Below are positions 9,208 through 18,607 of a stretch of 64,000 nt of DNA, piece after piece (positions within the stretch are counted from its first letter, which is position 1; every line of letters starts with the position of its first letter). This DNA is from an uncultured delta proteobacterium (GTDB lineage: Bacteria; Desulfobacterota; BSN033; UBA1163). The notes below the pieces were generated by a model. That model made no database searches. It saw only the letters and a list, made by a program, of their open reading frames with translations, and was not told where the DNA came from. Made by a program: the position numbers and the translations under genes. The stretch covers positions 96,001 to 160,000 of the forward strand of contig CAVPSJ010000007.1 of assembly GCA_963708295.1 (NCBI GenBank), written 5' to 3'.

Positions 9208-9489
9208 ATGGGGACCGAGAAAGAAGGACTTTCAACAGCCGAGAGCCTACGGAGTACCCGTACATACGGCCAGGTGAGGTGCCATAATCCCAGTTGCATG
9301 GGAAGACTTCAGCCGAAACCTGGAGAACCTACAGTGAAATGTCCTGTTTGCCATTTGGAATGGCGTGTCGCCTGGGTCAAGGATGGTTTTCCCCGCATCA
9401 GAGGTCCGGTGTGGGAGGTGAATAAGAGATTAGCCGATGAGGAGTATGCGAGAAAAATGAAGGAGGTTAAGAAAGATGGCCCTAAATAG
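9208..9489 (+). CDS. small Zn-ribbon-like protein, translationally coupled to the AOR gene
   Basis: Strong RBS AAGGAGG; CHNPSC...CPVC; 3' end overlaps the AOR start. Confidence 0.75.
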   Translation: MGTEKEGLSTAESLRSTRTYGQVRCHNPSCMGRLQPKPGEPTVKCPVCHLEWRVAWVKDGFPRIRGPVWEVNKRLADEEYARKMKEVKKDGPK

Positions 9490-11416
9490 GAAGCTGGCAA
9501 TTATTGATCTCTCGACAGGTAAAATAGAAGTCAAGTCCATCCCGATTGAGGTCCGCAAGAAATTCTTGGGAGGCCGGGGACTCGATGCCTATCTGCTTTA
9601 TAATCACACAAAACAAGGATGTGACCCTCTTGGCCCTGACAACACAGTCATGGTGAGTGGCGGGGCTTTGTGCGCCACGCTGGCTTCAGCAACCTCGAGA
9701 TGCCATGTCATGGCTAAATCACCCCTCGGAGGCATGCTGGGGAGTTGCAATATGGGAGGGTTCTTCACTCCGGAGTTGGCCTGGGCAGGTTTCCATCATC
9801 TCGTCATCAAGGGTAAGGCAGAAAAACCTGTCTACCTGTGGATCCACAATGGCAAAATTGAGATCCGCGATGCCAAAAACATTTGGGGAAAAACGGTCAC
9901 GGATGCTCAATGGGCGATCCGGGATGAGCTGGGGGATGAGGACGTCAAGAGTTTGATGATCGGTCCGGCCGGTGAAAATCTCGTCAGATATGCCAATGTC
10001 ATGACCGGAATTAAGAATTCAGGCGGAAGGACCGGGATGGGAGCGGTCATGGGCTCAAAGAATCTGAAGGCTGTTGCTGCCCGCGGAACCATGGATATAA
10101 AAATCGCCCATCCGAAGGAAGCCCTCGAATATAACAAGCGCTTTATTGAGCAGATCACGAGCGCAAAGGTGAATCAAACCCAGGGAACCCTCGGGACCCC
10201 CTTTATCTGGGGAGCCACCAACTCCTGGGGGGGGGTCCGGACCAGAAACTTTCAGTATAACCAAATGCTCTACTGCGATGAAGTTGAGCCGGAATCGATC
10301 GACGACAATTGTACAGAGACGATCGGCCCCTATCACATGACAGGCTGCTTTGGCTGCCAGGTTCACTGCCGGGCCAAGTACAAGATTCCTACCGGGCCGT
10401 ATGCGGGAAAATATGATGAGGGCCCCGAATATACTTCCCAGGGCGCTTTTTCCTCAGAACCAGACATCCCAAGTCTCGAAAACCTGTTGGTGGCGAATCA
10501 CCTGGTCGATCAGTGGGGTGTGGACAATTTGGAGATCGGAAGCCTTATTTCTTGGGCGATGGAACTCTATGAACTGGGAATTCTTACCAACAAGGAGACC
10601 GATGGCCTCGAGTTGCGGTTTGGCAGCAGCGAGGCGCTTCTGGAGATGATTGAGCGAATCTGCTTCAGAAAGGGCTGGTTGGGTAATGTCTTGGCGGAAG
10701 GGGGAATTATCGCTTCCGAAAAGATTGGAAAGAATTCTTTCGACTATCTGATTCAAGTGAAAGGGGTTAGCAATCTTCATTCCGATGAGCGGGCCACCCC
10801 TGCCCTAGCGCTCAACATTGCAACGGCTTCCCGCGGCTCAGACCATTTGAGAAGCCGTCCGGCCATCGACCTGTATCATTTACCGCAAGCAGTGATGAGA
10901 AAAATCTACAGCAGCCCGGTGCCTTACGATGGGCCCTTGAGCTCGGAACATACGGAATACATCGGCAAGCCCTGGCAGGTCTTCTGGCATGAGAACTGTT
11001 ACATGGGGGTGGATTCGATGGGCATCTGTAAGTATCACACCACCTTTCTGGGCGCGACGCTTCCCAACTTTGAAGATTGGTCCAGGGTGCTTTACTACAA
11101 TACTGGACTGGAGCTGACTCCCCGGGAAATCTGGGACGCTGCCGTGCGATCTAACATGATGGAGCGACTCTTTAACCTTCGCGAAGGATTGACGAGATAC
11201 GATCTCAAAAAGGGCGATATGCTCAATCACCGCTACTTTGATGAGCCTGCTCGGAGGGGTGCCCTCGACGTGGTCGGGAGGGTCATCGATCGGGAAAAGT
11301 TCGAAAAGATGGTTGACGAACTGTATGAATATAAGGGACTGGATAAGAATGGCGTTCCGAAACCTGAAACGCTCAAGAAGCTTGGCCTGGAAAAAGAACC
11401 ATCCCACTTGCTGTGA
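9476..11416 (+). CDS. tungsten-dependent aldehyde:ferredoxin oxidoreductase (AOR/WOR) family catalytic subunit
   Basis: FLGGRG, AKSPL, IGPAGENLVRYA, GGRTGMGAVMGSKNLKAVA, GCFGCQVHC, EGPEY, SRGSDHL, DSMGIC, G.DKNGVP..ETLKKLGL. Confidence 0.92.
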   Translation: MALNRKLAIIDLSTGKIEVKSIPIEVRKKFLGGRGLDAYLLYNHTKQGCDPLGPDNTVMVSGGALCATLASATSRCHVMAKSPLGGMLGSCNMGGFFTPELAWAGFHHLVIKGKAEKPVYLWIHNGKIEIRDAKNIWGKTVTDAQWAIRDELGDEDVKSLMIGPAGENLVRYANVMTGIKNSGGRTGMGAVMGSKNLKAVAARGTMDIKIAHPKEALEYNKRFIEQITSAKVNQTQGTLGTPFIWGATNSWGGVRTRNFQYNQMLYCDEVEPESIDDNCTETIGPYHMTGCFGCQVHCRAKYKIPTGPYAGKYDEGPEYTSQGAFSSEPDIPSLENLLVANHLVDQWGVDNLEIGSLISWAMELYELGILTNKETDGLELRFGSSEALLEMIERICFRKGWLGNVLAEGGIIASEKIGKNSFDYLIQVKGVSNLHSDERATPALALNIATASRGSDHLRSRPAIDLYHLPQAVMRKIYSSPVPYDGPLSSEHTEYIGKPWQVFWHENCYMGVDSMGICKYHTTFLGATLPNFEDWSRVLYYNTGLELTPREIWDAAVRSNMMERLFNLREGLTRYDLKKGDMLNHRYFDEPARRGALDVVGRVIDREKFEKMVDELYEYKGLDKNGVPKPETLKKLGLEKEPSHLL

Positions 11417-11438
11417 TTTCTTTGAAAGGAGAAAGTGA

Positions 11439-11948
11439 ATGGAATCCATGGGTAAAGTACTTGCGATCACTCCGGAAAAGTGCACCGGATGTAGGCTTTG
11501 TGAACTCGTCTGCTCGGTTTTTCATGACGGCGTCTCCAACGCGGCCCGAAGCCGCATAAAGGTTATGAAATGGGAGACAGAAGGACTCTATATCCCCATG
11601 TCCTGCCAGCAGTGTCAGGATGCTCCCTGTATGTCGGTTTGCCCCGTAAAAGCCATCTCCCGGGATGAGAAGCTCAGCCGGGTGATGGTTGATCACAACA
11701 TTTGCATCGGCTGCCGTTCTTGTGTGTCGGTCTGCCCCTTTGGCGCGATGAATTTCAGTGTCATTGACCGAAAGAATTTCAAATGTGACCTTTGTGACGG
11801 AGATCCGCAGTGCGTTCGTTTCTGTGATATGAAGGCTGTGGACTACGTGGAGGCTGACCGGGTGAGTATCGCCAAGAAGAGAGCTGCTGCCGAAAAAATC
11901 ACGATCGCTCAGAGGCAGGCCGTCGCCTTAGAGTCAGAATCGCACTAA
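11439..11948 (+). CDS. 4Fe-4S dicluster protein (AOR small subunit)
   Basis: Four ferredoxin Cys groups; directly follows the AOR gene. Confidence 0.9.
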   Translation: MESMGKVLAITPEKCTGCRLCELVCSVFHDGVSNAARSRIKVMKWETEGLYIPMSCQQCQDAPCMSVCPVKAISRDEKLSRVMVDHNICIGCRSCVSVCPFGAMNFSVIDRKNFKCDLCDGDPQCVRFCDMKAVDYVEADRVSIAKKRAAAEKITIAQRQAVALESESH

Positions 11949-11972
11949 GACAGATCGATTGAGTTTCTAAAA

Positions 11973-12011
11973 ACATAAAAAAGGGCTGGTAGAACCAGCC
12001 TTTTTTTATGT
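11973..12011. terminator. bidirectional intrinsic terminator
   Basis: ACATAAAAAAGGGCTGGT-AGA-ACCAGCCTTTTTTTATGT between convergent genes. Confidence 0.85.
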
Positions 12012-12077
12012 CCCCTTCTCTTAGCTTCAAAATTGGACGTGTAAGAAAATGTATCCTTTGGCGCTGACTCCATATTT

Positions 12078-13667
12078 TCAGTCAGACGAGGACTCGGGAT
12101 TCATCGCTTTTCGGCCCCTTTCTCTTGCGTTAATCGTTTGTTTGCTTTCAGCCGCTTTCTTCTGACCATGAAATACCTTGGCCGAAGAATCATGATTGGT
12201 CCTAAACATGGCCATGATCGATGCCAACTCCTCCGCCCCCGCTGCATTCTGTTGTGTCAAATTGTTCATTTCCGCCACGGCCCGACTGACCTGATCAATT
12301 CCAAGAGATTGCTCTTGTGAGGACCCCGCAATCTCCGCGATCAGCTGTACCACTTTACCTGAACTTTCCATAATCTCCTTAAACGCCTCGCTCGTCACCC
12401 CCACCAACTTCTCGCCATTCCTGATCTTCTTCACGATATCCTCTATCAAACCGGACGTGTTTTTCGCGGCTTCTGCCGCCCGGATTGCCAAATTCCTCAC
12501 CTCATCCGCCACCACGGCAAACCCTGCACCCGCTTCCCCCGCGCGAGCCGCTTCAACCGCCGCGTTCAATGCGAGAAGGTTCGTTTGGAAAGCAATTTCA
12601 TCGATGGTCTTGACGATCTTCTGTGTCTGCTCGCTGCCCGCCGCGATCTCCTTCATTGAACCTGTCAGTCCACCCATGGACACGTTGGCTTTCTCGATAA
12701 TCTGCTGGGCCGTAGACATGAGATTGTTTGCCTGGGCCGCGTTTCCCGCGGTTTGCTTGGTTTGGGATGTCATCTCCTCCAAGGAGGAAGAGGTCTCCTC
12801 CAGGGAAGCCGCCTGTTCGGACGCCGCTTCTGATAAACCCTGAGACATTGCTACCGACTGGCCCACCGTCTCTCCCATCTTCATCCGCATCGTATCCACG
12901 GACTGAGCTAATTGCCCAATCTCGTCCCGGGAGAACAACCCCATCTCTTGGGTCAAGTCCCCCTCCGCTATTCGCTGGATCACCCGCATCGTATCACCGA
13001 CCGGACGGGTAATGAGCCTGGTCGTCAAAAAGCTGATCACCACCGATAACCCTACGGCAAGTCCCAATACCAGGATAAAGATTTTTAGTACTGAGTTGAA
13101 ACTCGTGAGTGAAGAATCATGTTTTTCTTGGCTTAGCCTGTTTTCAAGATCCAATAATTCATGTAAACTCCCATTCAGTTTTTGGAACTTTTCATCAGCC
13201 GTCGCCATAAACATGGTGGCATAATTGAGATCTGAATTCGCCAGATCAATAGCTGCAAGACAAGATTTCTTGTATGCTGTAAAGTCAGTAGTGATTGTTT
13301 GATATAAAGTTTTTTCCTCTTGAGTTAACCAATCCAATTGGAGAGCTTTCCCAATCAGGTCAGCCGTTCGACCTAAAGTCGCCATTTGCTCTTTTCCGAG
13401 AAGCTCGATCTTTTTGTCTTCATATTTGGCATCCGCCCAACTGATGACCTTGTAGAGGTTGGCATGAACATTGGTAATATCTTTGACGATCGTAGCCCCG
13501 GTCTGATAAGCCTTAAAACGCTCGTCAAAAATGTTATCGATGGCCGATCGTTGGCTGGAAAGATTGTAGTAGGCAACCAAACCCAATACGACGAGAAAGA
13601 AAATAATCACCAAAGGAGTCACTAGCAATTTTTTCGACAATTTTAGATTTAGAAAGAATCTCTTCAT
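12078..13667 (-). CDS. methyl-accepting chemotaxis protein (TM, helical periplasmic domain, TM, HAMP, short signalling domain)
   Basis: [37 protein letters not shown] hairpin tip; HAMP ...RDEIGQLA. Confidence 0.93.
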   Translation of the reverse strand: MKRFFLNLKLSKKLLVTPLVIIFFLVVLGLVAYYNLSSQRSAIDNIFDERFKAYQTGATIVKDITNVHANLYKVISWADAKYEDKKIELLGKEQMATLGRTADLIGKALQLDWLTQEEKTLYQTITTDFTAYKKSCLAAIDLANSDLNYATMFMATADEKFQKLNGSLHELLDLENRLSQEKHDSSLTSFNSVLKIFILVLGLAVGLSVVISFLTTRLITRPVGDTMRVIQRIAEGDLTQEMGLFSRDEIGQLAQSVDTMRMKMGETVGQSVAMSQGLSEAASEQAASLEETSSSLEEMTSQTKQTAGNAAQANNLMSTAQQIIEKANVSMGGLTGSMKEIAAGSEQTQKIVKTIDEIAFQTNLLALNAAVEAARAGEAGAGFAVVADEVRNLAIRAAEAAKNTSGLIEDIVKKIRNGEKLVGVTSEAFKEIMESSGKVVQLIAEIAGSSQEQSLGIDQVSRAVAEMNNLTQQNAAGAEELASIMAMFRTNHDSSAKVFHGQKKAAESKQTINARERGRKAMNPESSSD

Positions 13668-13776
13668 ACTTTCTCCTTCATCTTCCCAGCAACATAAGGT
13701 GCCCCGGCGGCGAAAGAAGACATCGTTTTTTTAGCTACCTGAGGAAATGATCTTATTCAACCCGCTGTGAGATGAT

Positions 13777-14241
13777 TTATCTTTTATAAACGCCACAACC
13801 GACGATTAGATTTTCGACCCTCTCCACATAGGCAGACTTGGGCTCAAGCTTTTTCGTAATGGGATCCGTAAACTTATAGTCCTGCCAACCCTTTCCTTTT
13901 GTTTTGCAAATTTCAATTCTCTCTTTCACGAAGTACTTCCCATCCGGATCCTTCATTTCAACGAGATCTTTTCCAATCATTTTTGGGTTAAATCCATGGG
14001 CAACACACTTACCTTCCATGTCATACACAAAAACATAAAGGTCCCGATCGATAAACTTTCCTTTTGGGTTATTAATCTCAGCAAATGCCTTGTCTCTCCC
14101 GTCGGCTTTGATTAATTGGACCGCTTTCTTCACCAATGCCTCTGCCTCAGCGGTCGTCCCAAATTCAGCAGCAAAGGTCATGCGCCCTGTTATTAGCACC
14201 AGCAAACTAACCCCAATCATCACTGCAATAAGTTTTTTCAT
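13777..14241 (-). CDS. stand-alone exported single-Cache-domain protein
   Basis: Signal-peptide-like N-terminus; YVFVYD..G...AH..NPK..GK......KDPDGK, GWQDYKF..P....EPKSAY, VGCGVY (single Cache_2 pattern). Confidence 0.85.
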   Translation of the reverse strand: MKKLIAVMIGVSLLVLITGRMTFAAEFGTTAEAEALVKKAVQLIKADGRDKAFAEINNPKGKFIDRDLYVFVYDMEGKCVAHGFNPKMIGKDLVEMKDPDGKYFVKERIEICKTKGKGWQDYKFTDPITKKLEPKSAYVERVENLIVGCGVYKR

Positions 14242-14301
14242 CGAAGCACCTCCTCATAGAAATTTGACAAAGATGGGATGAGAATATTCTGGAGCCGATA
14301 T

Positions 14302-14317
14302 AGCATATTCCATGCCA
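14302..14317 (-). promoter_or_regulatory. sigma54 (-24/-12) promoter for the Cache protein/MCP pair
   Basis: Minus strand TGGCATGGAATATGCT = GG-N10-GC, about 60 bp upstream of the start codon. Confidence 0.75.
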
Positions 14318-15096
14318 AATAATTTATTTTCAGGGACAGGGTGAATTAAAGGTGAAGAATCGTTGGAAAGGGGTCAACAAGAAAGATTGACTGGCTAACA
14401 AAGGGTGAGTTTTGTGCTTCTGATTTCATAAACTTCCCTAGTATTTTTAGGGATTTAGCCATGAGATCCAAAGGGACTCTGTTTTGATTCCGCACGAGTT
14501 CCTCCAGATTTCTAGACTTGTCGCTCAAGAATCTTGGCATTGTACAAGGATCGATCTGCTAAGTTGTTCCGAACGGATCGTTCAAGAACGACCACGAGAA
14601 CCCTCATAAGTGATCAGAAAATTATCAGTCTGTCGTAGAAGAAACTAAAGAAAGCATGTTTACGACGGATTATCTGTGAGCTAAATTCAAGAGCAAGCTT
14701 TTATTTTTTCTAGTTAAAACGGTAGGTTACTTAGTTACACCGTATGAACGTTCAGGATTAACGGAGAAATACTCGTTTGGAAAAAAATGGTAAAAAATCA
14801 TACTTGAGCAATCTACTTTTGACATTTATTGCGCATCTTATCTCTCTCCGCCCCCATTGGCTCTCACATGTCTCCGGATTCGATCGTTCGATGAAAGGAA
14901 TCTCTCCATTTAAAGGAAAGAGCTAATTAATCCTTGTTTTCGACCAAAGGATTTTCAGAAAAGGGCTTAGTCGATGCCGGTATATGGAGTAAAAAGCGAT
15001 CAAACAATGGAAGGATGGAACAATAATTGCATTAATGCCTACAGTTTCAAAGGATTAAACACAATAATCACGTCATTTCCCTTAGGAGGTACCAAA

Positions 15097-17004
15097 ATGA
15101 GAAGAAAGAAATTGACCCTCAGGACGAAACTAGTTTTTGGCGGTTTAGCCCTGCTTATCGTCCCCCTCTTTGCACTTGAGTTTTTTACCGTGAATTGGGC
15201 TTCCAGGGCAGTGAATAACATCGAAAGGGACCAACTTGCCCTGCTAAAGCAGGTTGTGGCCGATCAAGTAAATATCATGCTTGACACCCAGAAGAGCCTC
15301 CTAAGAAATGCTTCGACCCATGATCCAGTCATTCACGAGACGGTGAAGACTTTGGTTGAGACCGGAGCAGTTAATATTGCCCAGTTCAACCTTGATAAGA
15401 ATACAACGGTGTTCCATGACAAGAATACCTATGACCTCTTTTTCATCACAGACGATAAGGGGATTGTCATTGCGGATACATCCGAGGGGAAATATCGCGG
15501 CACCGACCTTTCCGGAGAGGAATACTTCAAGAAAGCCTTTGAAGGAGAACCGGTCATTGGAAAGGTAAAAGCTTCGGAGAAGGACAGCTATGTCATTGTC
15601 GCTGGACCTCTAAAATCGGCGGATAAAGGGATCGGTACTATTGGAACCATCGTCTCAGGCTGGAAGTTGAATTCACTGAGCAAACGGATCAATGAACTGA
15701 AGTTGGGGCAGACAGGGTTTGCTTTCGTAGTGGATAAACAAGGCATGATCATCGTACATCCCGAGAAGGAGCTCCTGATGAAGGCAAATATCAGCGAGAT
15801 CAAAGGGATGGAAGCCCTCGGCAGGCGAATGATGTCCTCTGAGGAAGGGATTCAGGAATGTCCCTATAAAGGAGATGATAAGATTGTCGCCTATGCTCCG
15901 ATTCAGGCTGCCCAATGGAGCGTCGGTCTTGTCATTTCGAAGAAAGAATTGATGGGTCCTATTACAAATATGCGAAATATCATTATGTTAGCAGGTATCA
16001 TTGTTATTGCAGTGGCGGCTTCTATCATATTTTGGACCGTGCAAAAGAGTATCAGCACTCCGATCAATCATATTGTGGAAAACCTGAATGAAGGTGCCGA
16101 ACAGCTCTCATCCGCTTCTACGGAGATTTCATCTGCAAGCCAGATGCTAGCCGAGGGTGCATCCGAACAAGCCGCATCCATCCAGGAATCTTCCTCGTCC
16201 CTGGAAGAAATTTCCTCCAGAACCAGGAAGAATGCAGACAACGCAACTCAGGCTGACAAATTGATGAAGGAATCCAACGAAGTAGTCCTCAAAGCGAACC
16301 GGTCCATGGGAGAACTCAGTTCAGCGATGGAGGAAATTTCGAAGACGGGTGAAGAGACGGCCAAGATCATCAAGACCATTGATGAAATCGCCTTCCAGAC
16401 CAATCTCCTTGCTTTGAATGCAGCCGTCGAGGCGGCCCGGGCTGGGGAGGTAGGAGCCGGCTTCGCAGTCGTAGCAGGAGAGGTTAGAAACCTTGCGATG
16501 CGGGCCGCAGAGGCGGCCAGAAATACCTCTCATCTGATTGACGGGACGGTGAAGAGGATCAGACAGGGATCTGATCTTGTCGTGAAGACCGGTGAGGCCT
16601 TTTCCGAGGTGGCTAAGGGAACACATAAGGTGGGAGAACTTGTCAGTGAAATTGCCGTCTCCTCCCGAGAACAAGCCCAAGGACTTGATCAGGTAAACAA
16701 GGCTGTCGACGGAATGGATAAGATCGCCCAACGGAATGCTGCAAATGCCGAAGAATCAGCGAGCACCTCGGAGGAACTGAGTGCCCAGGCAGTACAGATG
16801 AAAGACATTGTGTCTGCATTGGTTAACCTGGTGGGAGAAAATGTGAATAAGGGCCCGCGAAAGGAATTGGCACCAACGTTGGAGAATCGTCCCAAAGAGT
16901 CGAAGGCAAAAAAACCTTGGAAAAGAAGGGATTTACCCCTTCGAGGGGAGATGGATCCTGAAATGATCATCCCCTTGGAAAAAACGAAACTCACGGACTT
17001 TTGA
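15097..17004 (+). CDS. methyl-accepting chemotaxis protein with a dCache-type periplasmic sensor
   Basis: RBS AGGAGG before ATG 15097; two TMs; dCache-like EYFKKA..G and GFAFVVDKQG.II.HP; MCP hairpin motif. Confidence 0.92.
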   Translation: MRRKKLTLRTKLVFGGLALLIVPLFALEFFTVNWASRAVNNIERDQLALLKQVVADQVNIMLDTQKSLLRNASTHDPVIHETVKTLVETGAVNIAQFNLDKNTTVFHDKNTYDLFFITDDKGIVIADTSEGKYRGTDLSGEEYFKKAFEGEPVIGKVKASEKDSYVIVAGPLKSADKGIGTIGTIVSGWKLNSLSKRINELKLGQTGFAFVVDKQGMIIVHPEKELLMKANISEIKGMEALGRRMMSSEEGIQECPYKGDDKIVAYAPIQAAQWSVGLVISKKELMGPITNMRNIIMLAGIIVIAVAASIIFWTVQKSISTPINHIVENLNEGAEQLSSASTEISSASQMLAEGASEQAASIQESSSSLEEISSRTRKNADNATQADKLMKESNEVVLKANRSMGELSSAMEEISKTGEETAKIIKTIDEIAFQTNLLALNAAVEAARAGEVGAGFAVVAGEVRNLAMRAAEAARNTSHLIDGTVKRIRQGSDLVVKTGEAFSEVAKGTHKVGELVSEIAVSSREQAQGLDQVNKAVDGMDKIAQRNAANAEESASTSEELSAQAVQMKDIVSALVNLVGENVNKGPRKELAPTLENRPKESKAKKPWKRRDLPLRGEMDPEMIIPLEKTKLTDF

Positions 17005-17492
17005 AGACAAGGTTGAAGCCCATCTTAGGTCTTTTGCCTTGTTTATTCGCTAAGGCTGTCACCGGGTCCCGGAAAAGCATTTGCCGTGTTCTTCTGCTAA
17101 AGAGTTGATTCCAAGCTGAGGATGGGCCACATTCTCCGGTACCCGTAGCCATATCATATCGATTTCCCTGTATCTTTTAGGACAACCCTCTTAGCTCCTG
17201 AAATTGATCCATGGAATTCTATTACTATCCCTGTTGCAGATCACGTGAAGAGCTATAGCGATCTCTAGATCTATCTTAAGGTTTATTAATTCTTTCTTGT
17301 AGTTAAAAAATGCCCAACGTAGATGACATTTTTTGTCTCTTTGAGATCTATCATGTTCGCTTGAAGTTTTCTTTAAAGAGCTTGCAGTTCCAGGATGAAT
17401 AGATGAATTTGGGGTTTTAATTGAAGAATTCATAGATAAGTGGTTACTTGGTGGAGACATATGGAGTAAACAGTGACTAAAGAACAGTGGTC

Positions 17493-17508
17493 TGGAATGA
17501 AAATTGCA
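17493..17508 (+). promoter_or_regulatory. sigma54 promoter of the chemosensory gene cluster
   Basis: TGGAATGAAAATTGCA = GG-N10-GC with TTGC, about 70 bp upstream of the first gene. Confidence 0.65.
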
Positions 17509-17576
17509 GCCAATCCCCTTGTATCCAAGTCCCGGGAAACATGACAAGTTGATCAGATGAAGGGAGGGCCTGACAA

Positions 17577-17951
17577 GTGGAAAAGATACTTATTATTCAG
17601 GATAGTCCCTCAGCAAACGCCATGCTGAAGTTTAGACTTGAGTCAGGGGGATTTTCTGTGGAGACAGCTGAAACGGGGGAGGAAGGCATTGAGAAGACAA
17701 AGATGACTCCGTACCAGCTCATTTTGTTAGATTATAACCTGCCGGGGATGAACGGAGGCCAGGTCTGTCGGATACTGAAAGAACAAGATAAAACCAGAAG
17801 TACCCCGGTCATATTCATGTCTGCCAAAGACGAGGAGAAATTGACTCAGATAACAAAGGAAGCGGGTGCCAATGGGTACATCGGCCTGCCCTTTGAAGGG
17901 AAGACGTTCATCGAGAGAATAAGGGGATTCTTGAATACACGTCAGTCGTAG
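17577..17951 (+). CDS. single-domain response regulator (REC)
   Basis: KILIIQD, LILLDYNLPGMNG, PVIFMSA. The conserved KP reads LP, so it may be atypical. Confidence 0.85.
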   Translation: MEKILIIQDSPSANAMLKFRLESGGFSVETAETGEEGIEKTKMTPYQLILLDYNLPGMNGGQVCRILKEQDKTRSTPVIFMSAKDEEKLTQITKEAGANGYIGLPFEGKTFIERIRGFLNTRQS

Positions 17952-18010
17952 GCCCAGATGCCTGATCGGCAACTTTCCCTTCTATCGATTGAGGGAATGT
18001 CTAGTTAAAG

Positions 18011-18541
18011 ATGGAAAGGAAATTGGAACGGTGGAGAATGGACCAAGCAACAGAAGCCTCTGAACAGATAGCACTTCTTCAAGAAAATCTCTACGAGCGA
18101 GAGCCGCCAAGGGAAGAAGCCCTGCAGCTTGTAGTCTTTTTGCTGGCGCGCGAATGGTACGGAGTAGAGATAACAAAAGTAAGAGAAGTCACAAGAGTGG
18201 GAAAGATAACATACTTACCCTCGTCTCCTGAGCATATCGCGGGAGTTGTGAACTTAAGAGGATATATTCTATCGGTCACGGATCTAAAGCCTATTTTGGG
18301 TTTGCCTCACGAAGAACTCACCGAGAAAGCGAGGATTATAGCCGTCGAATCCGGGATTTTTGAGACAGGGTTCTTGGTGGATGAAGTTGTTGAATCGATC
18401 GAGGTACCGTTAAGCAAGATCGAGCCTGTACTCCTGACTCTCCCTGCCGAACGGGCGAAATATCTGGGAGGACAGTGTAAGGTGAACGATAGGTTAATCG
18501 GCATCGTAAACGTAGAGAGGGTATCCGAAAAGAAGGAGTAG
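18011..18541 (+). CDS. cheW: CheW adaptor (Wsp/ACF-like type)
   Basis: VVFLL..EWYGVEI.KVREV, ITYLP..P.HIAGVVNLRG.I..V.DL. Confidence 0.88.
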   Translation: MERKLERWRMDQATEASEQIALLQENLYEREPPREEALQLVVFLLAREWYGVEITKVREVTRVGKITYLPSSPEHIAGVVNLRGYILSVTDLKPILGLPHEELTEKARIIAVESGIFETGFLVDEVVESIEVPLSKIEPVLLTLPAERAKYLGGQCKVNDRLIGIVNVERVSEKKE

Positions 18542-18607
18542 GACGAGGAGAGTCATCAATGGAAACTTTCGCCATGAGCAAAAAAGCTGAGAATCGGGGA
18601 AGGTGAG

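Noticed and set aside
9476-11416. Class II benzoyl-CoA reductase BamB
   Set aside because: Tempting given had-oah-dch, but the motifs (EGPEY, RGSDH) do not read like BamB and no bamDE/bamF-I-like genes are adjacent. Needs phylogeny to exclude fully.
14950-14990. sigma28 promoter for the dCache MCP
   Set aside because: GCCGGTAT only loosely resembles GCCGATAA, and there is no convincing -35 element.
17017-17127. Possible structured RNA or c-di-GMP riboswitch after the dCache MCP
   Set aside because: The flanks can pair (GCCCATC/GATGGGC), but the GEMM tetraloop/receptor pattern is not present.
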